NCBI GenBank assembly: GCA_964016885.1
Contig: OZ024740.1
Coordinates: 181,164,001 to 181,228,000 of the forward strand
Direction of reading: 5' to 3'
Source: Eledone cirrhosa
Taxonomy: Eukaryota
Length of the DNA stretch: 64,000 nucleotides
Of this stretch, positions 1 through 11,929 are shown piece by piece; position 1 is the first letter of the stretch; each line of letters begins with the position of its first letter. Under the pieces are notes generated by a model that saw nothing but the letters and a program-made list of their open reading frames with translations, had not been told where the DNA came from and searched no databases. A program made the position numbers and the translations under genes.

Positions 1-90
1 TTTCATCCCTACGGGGTCGATAAAATAAAGTACCAGTAATGCACTGGTGAATTGCTGGCCTTGTGCCAAAAGTATAAACAATTATTTCTT
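1..90 (+). mobile_element. 3' part of an abundant SINE-like repeat (octopus-type)
   Basis: TTTCATCCCTACGGGGTCGATAAAATAAAGTACCAGT...GCTGGCCTTGTGCCAAAAGT; the same sequence recurs at ~8815-9000 (-), ~23480-23680 (-) and ~61545-61675 (+). Confidence 0.7.
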
Positions 91-299
91 ATGTAATTAT
101 CTATCCACCGTTCAACGCATAGCATCTATGTACATACGAAGTTTCAACAATGCATTTAAACAGGGATTAGTTAAGCAAATTAAAATTCATTTAACTAAAG
201 CTAAATTAGCAGGGTTAAACTGTATACCCTCTTTTATCATAGACATTTTCCATATGATTTAAAATTACAAAATTACTCTTTTGTGTATCATACATTACA

Positions 300-355
<56 letters not shown>

Positions 356-508
356 TAAGATGTATGGTAGGACGTATGTGAATCGCGATGATCACGTCTG
401 ACTTACCAAATATGTGACGGTAGCTAGTTAAGCTCTATGCGTATACGCAGAGCAGAAATATTAGTGAAAAAGAACAAAGGAACTATTATGACATTATAAC
501 AAGTTTAT

Positions 509-555
509 TGCCGACAGCCGTTTCGTCCGACCCCATGGTGGGACTTATCAAGGCA
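509..555 (-). ncRNA. Type I hammerhead ribozyme, U3-A8 core variant
   Basis: Minus strand reads UGCC-UUGAUAA-GUCC(caccauggggug/uc loop)GGAC-GAAAC-GGCU-GUC-GGCA: stem I UGCC/GGCA, stem II GUCC/GGAC, GUC triplet. Confidence 0.75.
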
Positions 556-1454
556 TATAACATGTGATTGCAAGATCATTGTTTACATCAACGTATCACT
601 CAAGGCTAGCAGTTTGAAATTGTTGTATACATCAGCAACTCCGCTTTAAGGGGGGCTCTTTTATATTAGTTGTCGGGGTCAGGGATTGAAGTTTAAAAAT
701 TAGACAAAAATATATAATTCACGCATCAACATTAAACCAAGAGACTTGGGGTCCCGTAGAAGCACCTCAGAAAATCCCTCAATGAGTGCATAAAGCTTAC
801 AGGCTCCAATACACCTATTAGTCTAGAAGAAAATTAAGAGGCTAATAAAATAAGAAAATAAAAATATAAAGTTTCCCTAAAAAATATATAGAGTTCCTAT
901 GAAATTTCTTCTAGAGAAAAAAATTTTTTCACAAAGAAAAAAACCTTCTTCCCCCGAGATCACGTTTACAAAATTCAGAAAACTGAATTGAAAACTAGGT
1001 TGAAAGAAACTAATCAATTAGAGGTTAATTCAGAGAGCCTTCCATAAATCTCTCAGAAAAGGCCCCTTTACTATTTCCAATAGGAACTTCCTCCGAGAGA
1101 CCCTTCGAAGATTTAAATTTTAGAGAGCCTTTGAGGATAAATATAAAAACGAATTGAGGAAAATTATACATTAAAAGTTAAAAATTAAAAATTACGGTAT
1201 TTGGGATATCCGAGGAATTTTCAAAGGGCTGCTTCAGCAGATACAACTTAGGCATAATAGGTACAATAATCTAAGCAATTTAAGCAATTTAATTAGGGAG
1301 CAATTCAAGGAGTTTATCAAGTTGGGCAAGATTAAAGAAAGTGGTAACTAAGAAAATACATAAGCAAAAAGACAATAATCATAAAATGTATCCTTAAGAA
1401 GGTACAAGGTAGCTTCCGTGATCTAGCCCTGTATTATCACAAAAAAACATTCTA

Positions 1455-1612
1455 AAATTATTGATACAGGATTAAAAATTATTACAAAATCATTACAAAA
1501 TTACCACAGAATCATTACAAAATTATCAAATCATCACAAAATTACCACAAAATCATTACAAAACTATCAATTATCGCAAAATTATTACAAAATTATCATA
1601 AAATTATTGCAA
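1455..1612. repeat. Degenerate ~11-bp tandem repeat (AAAATTATTAC/AAAATCATTAC) in the PLE 3' region
   Basis: Repeated units visible directly; mirrored at ~6886-7043. Confidence 0.75.
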
Positions 1613-2926
1613 AAATATAACAGGATGAACATTACTGGTGACCGTGTGGGCGCGATATCCATTCTGCCTATGCAGTCCCCTGCACAGCTCCAGGCACGAT
1701 ATCCACTAGGCGTAAGCAGTCATCTGCATAGCTCCAGGCGCAGCTGGTCTTGTTTAAACGTTCATAGATCACCTGGGGTTCACTATTATCTGCGTGGACT
1801 CTCTGGGAGATGTACCTGTGGATCTAATAGCCAGTGGTTGCCGGGTGTGGTCGGTTCGATCCTTTAGTTTCAGGGGTTGAACGCTTTCGCGATAGACGAG
1901 CCTGCTGGTTCTAAGTCCAAGGTTTCGCCACGCATGATGTATTGGTCCACATGCTATATCGTTAAAAAACCAGTGTGGATTTGACTGGGGTGGTATATTA
2001 CGAACTCCAAGTCCACACGCGACTGGTCAAAATCGAAGGGCTGTCCTCTCTTTGTTTGCTGTATGGGTCGTTCTCAGCTTAGATGGTGGTCGTGCTATCC
2101 ATATTCCGTCAGCCCTGTATATTCAAGACAGATCAGGGTATGTATTTGCGGGTATGGTCCTGCGTCTACGTTATCCAGAGGGTCTCGCTTGTGGTATTTT
2201 CAAGTTCGCATGTCATCTCCCGGTTAAGACTGCGCATGCTTCAGTGAATCTCAAGCATGGAATCTTAGGGTATCATATTACACGGGGTGACCAGCAGAAA
2301 ATATACATTCTATGCTATCGCGCACGCGCTGGCCTGTGGCTACGACCGTGTCCAGTCTCGGGTAGTAGCAGACAGCAGGTAGACCAGCTATACACACCCC
2401 TGATCAAGGGGCACAACCCCTAACTTATCGAGTGGTCAGACTTCAAGGGAGTCAACTCTCCAAGCCCATTATGTCGACCGTGGTGAAATACAAAAAAAAA
2501 TTCCTATTAGTAAAGAACTAATCACTGACAATAAAGAACCAACTCAAAAGAATGTGGGGGGGGGGCATCTATTTGGGCGGGGGTTTACTAGAGGACGGGG
2601 TGGGGGTGAGTTGCTATAGGCAGGGAGCGGCCGCCATATTGGGTGTTTTGTTACTATTTCCCTAGGCAGTTCTCGAGTTTGTTGACATACATCTCCGACG
2701 GCACCCTCTCAGATTAGTCAACGTGGTTCCAGGCCCTCACAATGTCCTGCATCGCAGGCATTGTTGCCACCAATCCCAGGTTGGCAATTGGGACACAGGG
2801 TCGTCTGTTCCTCACCAGAGTCCCCATCGCCAATCGGGGAGCCGAGGCATCCAAGCGGCCGGGGTTACCACAGAGCACCCTGTACGCCAGCGGGGCCGCC
2901 ACGTGCAGGACTGGGTGGTGTCATGG

Positions 2927-4403
2927 CTATGTGTCCGGTCTGAAGAAAAAGAAAGAGCTAAGTATGGTATGGGGGCAGGACGAGAAGATTTCTGATCTCC
3001 TGTTGAGCAAGTTGAGCCCTGAGAATACTATGGCATGAGATTCAGATAGGCACAGGCTACAACACCTGCTCAACGAGCTTTATGGAGGAGCCTTAGTAAG
3101 GCATCTCCAGCTGAGTGTGTAGGGGGTTTTTGTTTGTTTTAAGCTATGTATATGCCCCGCTAACGACGTGGTATTTTTAAGCTTCTCATATCGGAAGCTA
3201 TGCTGGTGGGCGTTGAACCTCGTCTTGAACTCATTAAAGGTTGATCCTACGTACGTCTTAGTATACGTGCCTGTGGTTACGTTACAAGCATATACCACGT
3301 TCCTGATAAGGCAGTGTCCAGCTAGTGGGCATTTGTCCTTCTTTCTGCAATTACACTCTTTAGTAGGGACATGCCCCTCAATCAGGGGTGCATGTCCCTC
3401 CAAGCGGCCGCGGGGCTGCCTAGTGGGACCGGTTCTATTGCCTAATATCCCCCTGGCTCTTTCACTCAGTGGGTTGGTCCCGTGTTGTCGTGTGTGCTGG
3501 CGTGGTTCACTATTTCGGATGGCCTTAAGTCCCTCTTTGATCTTACTCTTATTGGTCTTAGCTAGGTGTGAGGCCAGATTAGGGGTTGTAGAGTACGATA
3601 GCTTGACAGTATTCTTATTGATGACACTACCGTACCTACTACCCGGGGGAAAGTTCTTATCTATTAAAGAGAAAAAAAGATTTGGGGAGGTCTGTAGTAA
3701 CATTAGAGTTGAAGGGCGGGTTAAAGAAGGTACTATCACGTATTCTATTCCTTCCACTGCATTTCCTATCCCCTATGCAGTTTGCCCTCCCTTCGTCTAT
3801 ATTATTACTGGTTCCACCAGGTGTGGTTGCTGTACACCCAGTGGTATGTGCGTTGGTCTCAAGTCTCCTAGGCCTCTGTCCCCCGTTTTCACTGTTGGAC
3901 TTGCTCGGGGCGGCATAGCGCTTACCAGGCGTGCAGGCCCTGTCCGTGTCTGCGTTGCGAGTGTTGCTGTTCTTATCTAACTTCCTATTGTCCCTATTCG
4001 TCTTTCTAGCTCTCCCTCCAACTCCCATGGACATATTGTGCGTGATTACAGTGCTGGGCTTGGGTGGCGAGGTGGTGCCGCCTGTCTCAACATAATGGAG
4101 TTTATCTTTGTGCCCTGATCCAGCTAGCGCCTTATTGTAATATTCCGCGTTCGCTTCAAATGCGGTCACGCTGCTAGATAGTCCGCTAATCCTACTAGAT
4201 ACTCCCTTAACTATTGATTTGAGGACCGAGCCTGGGTGGTTGGAGCTGGCATTGACGTATGTCAGCCTTTCGTTAGGTTTATGGTACGGTGCATATTCTA
4301 ACTTATCTAGGTCTAGTGTGGCGTCTAAAAAGTTGACTACCTTACTATTTCTATCCATATTTATTGATAGGTTAAAATTCTTGAAGAATTTATAAAGGTC
4401 CTA
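2927..4403 (-). pseudogene. PLE ORF 3' part (RT C-terminus, linker, Zn-finger, GIY-YIG endonuclease), frameshifted
   Basis: DLYKFFKNFNLSINMDRNSKVVNFLDATLDL...PYHKPNERLTYVNASSNHP; NPPFNSNVTTD; INKNTVKLSYS; CNCRKKDKCPLAGHCL; VVY...YVGST...FKTRFNAHQHSF. Frameshift near 3675 and premature stop at 3080. Confidence 0.88.
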
Positions 4404-5571
4404 TATGTTGAGACAGGCGGCACCATCCCGCCACCCCAGCCCAGCACTGTAATCACGCACAATATGTCCATGGGAGTTGGAGGGAGAGCTAGAAAGGCGA
4501 ATAGGGACAATAGGAAGTTAGATAAGAACAGCAACACTCGCAACGCAGACACGGACAGGGCCCGCACGCCTGGTAAGCGCTATGCCGCCCCGAGCAAGTC
4601 CAACAGTGAAAACGGGGGACAGAGGCCTAGGAGACTTGAGACCAACGCACATACCACTGGGTGTACAGCAACCACACCTGGTGGAACCAGTAATAATATA
4701 GACTAAGGGAGGGCAAACTGCATAGGGGATAGGAAATGCAGTGGAAGGAATAGAAGACGTGATAGTACCTTCTTTAACCCGCCCTTCAACTCTAATGTTA
4801 CTACAGACCTCCCCAAATCTTTTTTTCTCTTTAATAGATAAGAACTTTCCCCCGGGTAGTAGGTACGGTAGTGTCATCAATAAGAATACTGTCAAGCTAT
4901 CGTACTCTACAACCCCTAATCTGGCCTCACACCTAGCTAAGACCAATAAGAGTAAGATCAAAGAGGGACTTAAGGCCATCCGAAATAGTGAACCACGCCA
5001 GCACACACGACAACACGGGACCAACCCACTGAGTGAAAGAGCCAGGGGGATATTAGGCAATAGAACCGGTCCCACTAGGCAGCCCCGCGGCCGCTTGGAG
5101 GGACATGCACCCCTGATTGAGGGGCATGTCCCTACTAAAGAGTGTAATTGCAGAAAGAAGGACAAATGCCCACTAGCTGGACACTGCCTTATCAGGAACG
5201 TGGTATATGCTTGTAACGTAACCACAGGCACGTATACTAAGACGTACGTAAGATCAACCTTTAATGAGTTCAAGACGAGGTTCAACGCCCACCAGCATAG
5301 CTTCCGATATGAGAAGCTTAAAAATACCACGTCGTTAGCGGGGCATATACATAGCTTAAAACAAACAAAAACCCCCTACACACTCAGCTGGAGATGCCTT
5401 ACTAAGGCTCCTCCATATAGCTCGTTGAGCAGGTGTTGTAGCCTGTGCCTATCTGAATCTCATGCCATAGTATTCTCAGGGCTCAACTTGCTCAACAGGA
5501 GATCAGAAATCTTCTCGTCCTGCCCCCATACCATACTTAGCTCTTTCTTTTTCTTCAGACCGGACACATAG
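4404..5571 (+). pseudogene. Inverted PLE ORF fragment (linker and GIY-YIG endonuclease; ORF 4741-5571)
   Basis: Mirror of the left copy. The endonuclease C-terminus is intact (LSWRCLTKAPPYSSLSRCCSLCLSE...LNRRSEIFSSCPH). There is a stop at 4704-4706 and the same T-run frameshift at ~4820. Confidence 0.88.
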
Positions 5572-7942
5572 CCATGACACCACCCAGTCCTGCACGTGGC
5601 GGCCCCGCTGGCGTACATGGTGCTCTGTGGTAACCCCGGCCGCTTGGATGCCTCGGCTCCCCGATTGGCGATGGGGACTCTGGTGAGGAACAGACGACCC
5701 TGTGTCCCAATTGCCAACCTGGGATTGGTGGCAACAATGCCTGCGATGCAGGACATTGTGAGGGCCTGGAACCACGTTGACTAATCTGAGAGGGTGCCGT
5801 CGGAGATGTATGTCAACAAACTCGAGAACTGCCTAGGGAAATAGTAACAAAACACCCAATATGGCGGCCGCTCCCTGCCTATAGCAACTCACCCCCACCC
5901 CGTCCTCTAGTAAACCCCCGCCCAAATAGATGCCCCCCCCCCACATTCTTTTGAGTTGGTTCTTTATTGTCAGTGATTAGTTCTTTACTAATAGGAATTT
6001 TTTTTTGTATTTCACCACGGTCGACATAATGGGCTTGGAGAGTTGACTCCCTTGAAGTCTGACCACTCGATAAGTTAGGGGTTGTGCCCCTTGATCAGGG
6101 GTGTGTATAGCTGGTCTACCTGCTGTCTGCTACTACCCGAGACTGGACACGGTCGTAGCCACAGGCCAGCGCGTGCGCGATAGCATAGAATGTATATTTT
6201 CTGCTGGTCACCCCGTGTAATATGATACCCTAAGATTCCATGCTTGAGATTCACTGAAGCATGCGCAGTCTTAACCGGGAGATGACATGCGAACTTGAAA
6301 ATACCACAAGCGAGACCCTCTGGATAACGTAGACGCAGGACCATACCCGCAAATACATACCCTGATCTGTCTTGAATATACAGGGCTGACGGAATATGGA
6401 TAGCACGACCACCATCTAAGCTGAGAACGACCCATACAGCAAACAAAGAGAGGACAGCCCTTCGATTTTGACCAGTCGCGTGTGGACTTGGAGTTCGTAA
6501 TATACCACCCCAGTCAAATCCACACTGGTTTTTTAACGATATAGCATGTGGACCAATACATCATGCGTGGCGAAACCTTGGACTTAGAACCAGCAGGCTC
6601 GTCTATCGCGAAAGCGTTCAACCCCTGAAACTAAAGGATCGAACGGACCACATCCGGCAACCACTGGCTATTAGATCCACAGGTACATCTCCCAGAGAGT
6701 CCACGCAGATAATAGTGAACCCCAGGTGATCTATGAACGTTTAAACAAGACCAGCTGCGCCTGGAGCTATGCAGATGACTGCTTACGCCTAGTGGATATC
6801 GTGCCTGGAGCTGTGCAGGGGACTGCATAGGCAGAATGGATATCGCGCCCACACGGTCACCAGTAATGTTCATCCTGTTATATTTTTGCAATAATTTTAT
6901 GATAATTTTGTAATAATTTTGCGATAATTGATAGTTTTGTAATGATTTTGTGGTAATTTTGTGATGATTTGATAATTTTGTAATGATTCTGTGGTAATTT
7001 TGTAATGATTTTGTAATAATTTTTAATCCTGTATCAATAATTTTAGAATGTTTTTTTGTGATAATACAGGGCTAGATCACGGAAGCTACCTTGTACCTTC
7101 TTAAGGATACATTTTATGATTATTGTCTTTTTGCTTATGTATTTTCTTAGTTACCACTTTCTTTAATCTTGCCCAACTTGATAAACTCCTTGAATTGCTC
7201 CCTAATTAAATTGCTTAAATTGCTTAGATTATTGTACCTATTATGCCTAAGTTGTATCTGCTGAAGCAGCCCTTTGAAAATTCCTCGGATATCCCAAATA
7301 CCGTAATTTTTAATTTTTAACTTTTAATGTATAATTTTCCTCAATTCGTTTTTATATTTATCCTCAAAGGCTCTCTAAAATTTAAATCTTCGAAGGGTCT
7401 CTCGGAGGAAGTTCCTATTGGAAATAGTAAAGGGGCCTTTTCTGAGAGATTTATGGAAGGCTCTCTGAATTAACCTCTAATTGATTAGTTTCTTTCAATC
7501 TAGTTTTCAATTCAGTTTTCTGAATTTTGTAAACGTGATCTCGGAGGAAGAAGGTTTTTTTCTTTGTGAAAAAATTTTTTTCTCTAGAAGAAATTTCATA
7601 GGAACTCTATATATTTTTTAGGGAAACTTTATATTTTTATTTTCTTATTTTATTAGCCTCTTAATTTTCTTCTAGACTAATAGGTGTATTGGAGCCTGTA
7701 AGCTTTATGCACTCATTGAGGGATTTTCTGAGGTGCTTCTACGGGACCCCAAGTCTCTTGGTTTAATGTTGATGCGTGAATTATATATTTTTGTCTAATT
7801 TTTAAACTTCAATCCCTGACCCCGACAACTAATATAAAAGAGCCCCCCTTAAAGCGGAGTTGCTGATGTATACAACAATTTCAAACTGCTAGCCTTGAGT
7901 GATACGTTGATGTAAACAATGATCTTGCAATCACATGTTATA

Positions 7943-7989
7943 TGCCTTGATAAGTCCCACCATGGGGTCGGAAGAAACGGCTGTCGGCA
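7943..7989 (+). ncRNA. Hammerhead ribozyme, mirror copy with one stem II substitution
   Basis: TGCC TTGATAA GTCC...GGAA GAAAC GGCT GTC GGCA; GGAC has become GGAA relative to the left copy. Confidence 0.6.
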
Positions 7990-8044
7990 ATAAACTTGTT
8001 ATAATGTCATAATAGTTCCTTTGTTCTTTTTCACTTATATATAT

Positions 8045-8600
8045 ACGTAGGTCCCGGGTTGAGTCGGGGATACCACAGTAAGTAAGGTACTCAATACATG
8101 GCAGAGTAAATTTTTTTTATTTCGTAGAAGGAGCTTCTACAGCACTAGTACTGTTTCATTCAGATGAAATCTTCAGGAAGCAGGGTGTAATATTAAGTTC
8201 TGGTATTTATACATTTAGGTAGTGGTAAGGGAGGCGTGGTGGATTGGGGTGGTTTGGGTGGGGGCGTGGGGGATGGTATTTAGATACATAGGACCACTTC
8301 ATGGCACAGGCCGTTTTTTTCTTTGGGGAGTGGTCAATTAGCCAGAGTGCTTTTTGAAATAAATAAATAAGTAAATAAATAAATAAATGAATAAATAAAT
8401 AGATAAATGAATAAATAAATAAATAAAATAAATAAAAAATAAATAAATAAAGAAAAGTAATTCAACAGATATAAAGTAGGGAAATTTTTTAGGTGGGTTG
8501 GTAATAGAAATTAAACATTTAACAATACGGAATCATGGCACAGACTGGGGTGAGTGGTCAAGTTAACATACAAGCCACAGGTGGCCAGAGTGTTTTTGTA
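8045..8600 (-). mobile_element. PLE pLTR/3'-end fragment, same family as 9111-9315
   Basis: CGTAGGTCCCGGGTTGAGTCGGGGATA...GAAATCTTCAGGAAGC is nearly identical to 9111-9247 and starts in (TA)n. The right boundary is approximate. Confidence 0.65.
8133..8181 (-). ncRNA. Type I hammerhead ribozyme
   Basis: GCUUC-CUGAAGA-U-UUCA-uc-UGAA-U-GAAAC-AG(uacuagug)CU-GUA-GAAGC. Confidence 0.75.
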
Positions 8601-8756
8601 GAATGGAAAGAATAAAATATATTTACATACTCACAACCACATACAAAAACACTTACACACACATACATACCCATATATATATATATATATATATACATAT
8701 ATATGCACGTGTGTGTGTGTGTGCACACCTACACATTCACACACACATACACACAC

Positions 8757-8799
<43 letters not shown>

Positions 8800-8814
8800 T
8801 GTGTGCGTATACAC

Positions 8815-9000
8815 ATAATTGTTTCTACTTTAGGCACAAGGCCAGCAAATTACCCAGTGCATTACTGGTACTTTATTTTATCGACCCCGTAAGGATGAAA
8901 GGCAAAGTCAACCTCGGCGGGATTTGAACTCAGATCATAAAGGGACGTAACTATGCTGGAAAGCATGGCGTCCGACCCTCTACCGATACTGCCAATCCAC
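8815..9000 (-). mobile_element. SINE copy (tRNA-like B-box GAGTTCAAATCC)
   Basis: Reverse complement of the 1-90 and 61545-61675 repeat; the minus strand has CTGAGTTCAAATCCCGCCGAGG. Confidence 0.7.
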
Positions 9001-9198
9001 ACATAATGTATATATATATACACAAGCTTATATGTATGACTGTGTGTATACAATCTGTGGGTGAGTTTACACACACACACAAACATATTTATATATATAT
9101 ATATATATATACGTAGGTCCCGGGTTGAGTCGGGGATAACCACAGTAAGTAAGGTACTCAATACATGGCAGAGTAACATTTTTTATTTTATAGAAGGA

Positions 9199-9247
9199 GC
9201 TTCTACAGGACTAGTACTGTTTCATTCAGATGAAATCTTCAGGAAGC
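9199..9247 (-). ncRNA. Type I hammerhead ribozyme
   Basis: GCUUC-CUGAAGA-UUUCAUCUGAAU-GAAAC-AG(uacuaguc)CU-GUA-GAAGC. Confidence 0.75.
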
Positions 9248-9296
9248 GCTTCCTGAAGATTTCATCTGAATGAAACAGTAGTAGTCCTGTAGAAGC
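9248..9296 (+). ncRNA. Type I hammerhead ribozyme, inverted partner
   Basis: GCTTC CTGAAGA TTTCATCTGAAT GAAAC AG tagtagtc CT GTA GAAGC. Confidence 0.75.
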
Positions 9297-9423
9297 ACCT
9301 TCTATAAAATAAAATAAAAAAAAAAATATATATATATATATATATATTGGTTCCCGCCTTTTTTACATTAAAAGGTTTTAACAACGGCGGTAATTTATGT
9401 TACAACCCAATATACATATCTCT

Positions 9424-9469
<46 letters not shown>

Positions 9470-9840
9470 CAAAAAGTTATCGCTCTACATGGCCGAATAC
9501 AATAAATGTATTCTGAGTTTTTCGAATATCAATAATACTATTCGATTCGTTCGCAATTATGCTAGCATCCTCTTTTAAGTCATGTCAGAAGAATGAGCCT
9601 CTCATTGTTGCTCTTGTGTTGGCATGGAAACAAAATCGCAGGCATGATATTTCTGGGTGATTACCCTTCAACAGTGCAGTTTACTGTTAAATGCCATCTG
9701 TCAGAGCTAGTGAATAATGTGATATTTTCTAAAATATACAGTGATTGATAGGCCTGTCTTGCACAATTGCAATCGAATCGTGTATTATTATTAATATTCG
9801 TAAAGCTGAGAGTACATATATATACATATATATATATATT

Positions 9841-10207
9841 TAGAGGGAGTGTAATTTGGAATTACTGTAGGTTGACCCGAGTGAGCACTCGAACTTTAGG
9901 CTCACTTCAGTGTCGAGGTGAAGAGCTAGAAAAAGTGTATTATAGTGAACAGATAACAAGGACGGTCGGTTACCCCTTCATTACATTTATTGGTCGGTGA
10001 TGCACGTTGCGCCAATGAACAGCTCAAGGTTCGATCTGCATCGATCTTAACCTACTCTGTAATACTAGCATTACAAGGGGGTCCGCCGAGCTGCAGATTG
10101 CAGAGTCGGGTAAGATCGATACAAATGGAACCTTGAGCTGATCATTGGCGAAACGCGCGTCACCAACCAATAAATGCAATGAAGGAGTAATCAATCGTCC
10201 TTGTTAT
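9841..10207. mobile_element. Older PLE-end foldback
   Basis: Arms 9953-10059 and 10101-10207 with mixed substitutions; tail 9841-9952. Homologous to 53751-54000. Carries the HHR 3' half GCGAAACGCGCGTC. Confidence 0.75.
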
Positions 10208-10209
10208 AT

Positions 10210-10375
<166 letters not shown>

Positions 10376-10522
10376 TATATTATTATTAGAAAGTGAGGTT
10401 TATTTACAAAATGAAAAATAACCGAGGTGTCCTACACCAGTGAAAGTATAAAGAAAAAAAAGATGAAATCAAAATGCAACTCGAGTCTTATCTTTAAAAA
10501 ATTATATTTATTTATTTGGTTC

Positions 10523-10557
10523 CTTTACCGATTTCGCAGTTCTTCTGCTTTTCAAGA
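10523..10557 (-). ncRNA. Minimal hammerhead-like motif, U3-A8 variant
   Basis: UUGAAAA-GCAG(aagaa)CUGC-GAAAU-CG-GUA-AAG; stem I is weak. It lies in a ~200-bp island between TA tracts. Confidence 0.55.
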
Positions 10558-11929
10558 GTAGAGTTCAGATGGATGGTCTGTGGTTTTTCTTATGTATATA
10601 TATATAACGAAGGAAATGTGGTAAGGAGCCAGATGGACCATAACGCACCAAAGTACTCAATACTTAGGGTAGTAGAGTGGGTATTGGGAACGAGTAGGAC
10701 GCCGACGGCTGAGCTCAAGCCCTTTCGACGGCTAATTATGGACTAAATGAAATTTTTTATCCTGGTACATTTATAGTCGAGCATCTCAGGGGGTAATTCC
10801 ATATATGGTAAAAATGATTGTCACAAGGATTGGTCAAACGTTTGTTGTTGAGACACATAATTCTATCATGGCATTTTGTCGAAGGAAGGGGTAGCTGAAC
10901 TTGCCAGTAGAAGAAAGAGGGAGAGGGAGTGGAGGAAACCCAGTCGTGCGTTGATAGTGCCAACTACAGCCGAATCCTAAGGATAAGAGGTCAAGAAGTA
11001 TACTAGGGAGGGGAATGGGGGAGGAAGTCGAAACATTAAGTAAATCAATATGGAGTAAATATATAGAAGAATAATAAGGATGTTAAAAATATTTAAAAAA
11101 AACAACACATTTCTGGTTACTATTCCCCTACCTACAAACATCAAGTCTCTCACTGGTACTGCTAAACTATAGAACAGTTTAATAGGTGGGACGGAATACT
11201 AAATACGATATTGTAGTGAAAGAATTTTATGAGTTAGTAGTAATCGTCCAAATCTATCTTACATTGACAGGTCAACAAGTAAGGGGCCAAAATACTAAAG
11301 AAACTACTACGAAATAATAATTCAGAGTCCCGAAAATGAATACTAATACGATATATACGAGTACCGCTACGATACATAAATTCTAATACAAACTACATAA
11401 ATGCTCGTACGATATATATGAAAAATGTAATACGAAAAATTAATTCAGAATGCCCCCCCCCCCCCCCTCCCCCCCCCGACACCCACCCCAAAAATACTGA
11501 TATACGAGAAACTAAAGCAGAGTTACCACTAAGAAATCTAGAAAACACGGAAATGGGGCAGCAATCGGATAAGTAAGCAAGTATCTGGGGTCTATCACAT
11601 CTGCTATAAAAAGCGGGGTCGGCCAATTCTATCATAGAATAGGCGATGGGGGTGGGGGTACTGAGGCTACAATGGAACGAAGGGCTGCTTCGGGGTGGGC
11701 GAGAAAGTGAAAAGGACGACAACAAAGAAGGTGAACTGGGGTGGAAGGACTAGGAAGGGATGGTGGGGAAGAAGGAAATATAGGGGAAACGATAAAAAAT
11801 ATATAAGAAAATCTTACGTCTACCTTTGCAAGCAGGGGTTACCCATTACAAAGTCGGCAAGTGGGGTGTTACCCCCCACCCCCACCCCGGGTCATTATGG
11901 GGTTCGAGGGCATGGTAAGTCCTACGCAA

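Larger units (their letters stand above)
353..8035. mobile_element. Penelope-like element foldback: two 5'-truncated copies joined head-to-head, flanked by (TA)n
   Basis: Arms 463-4094 and 4404-8035 are reverse complements (x pairs with 8498-x, and the ORF track mirrors exactly). The 4095-4403 spacer is extra RT sequence of the left copy. Bases 353-462 are a tail found only on the left. Confidence 0.92.
9111..9315. mobile_element. Mini foldback: tail plus spacerless palindrome of two hammerheads
   Basis: Arms 9181-9247 and 9248-9314 meet at AGGAAGC|GCTTCCT; tail 9111-9180; (TA)n on both sides. Confidence 0.85.

Noticed and set aside
3168-5330. 270-aa ORFs 3168-3980 (+) and 4518-5330 (-)
   Set aside because: Antisense shadows of the PLE endonuclease region, duplicated only because of the palindrome; no recognisable motifs.
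9953-10207. Possible editing signature in this foldback
   Set aside because: Arm differences include both polarities and transversions, consistent with ordinary divergence.
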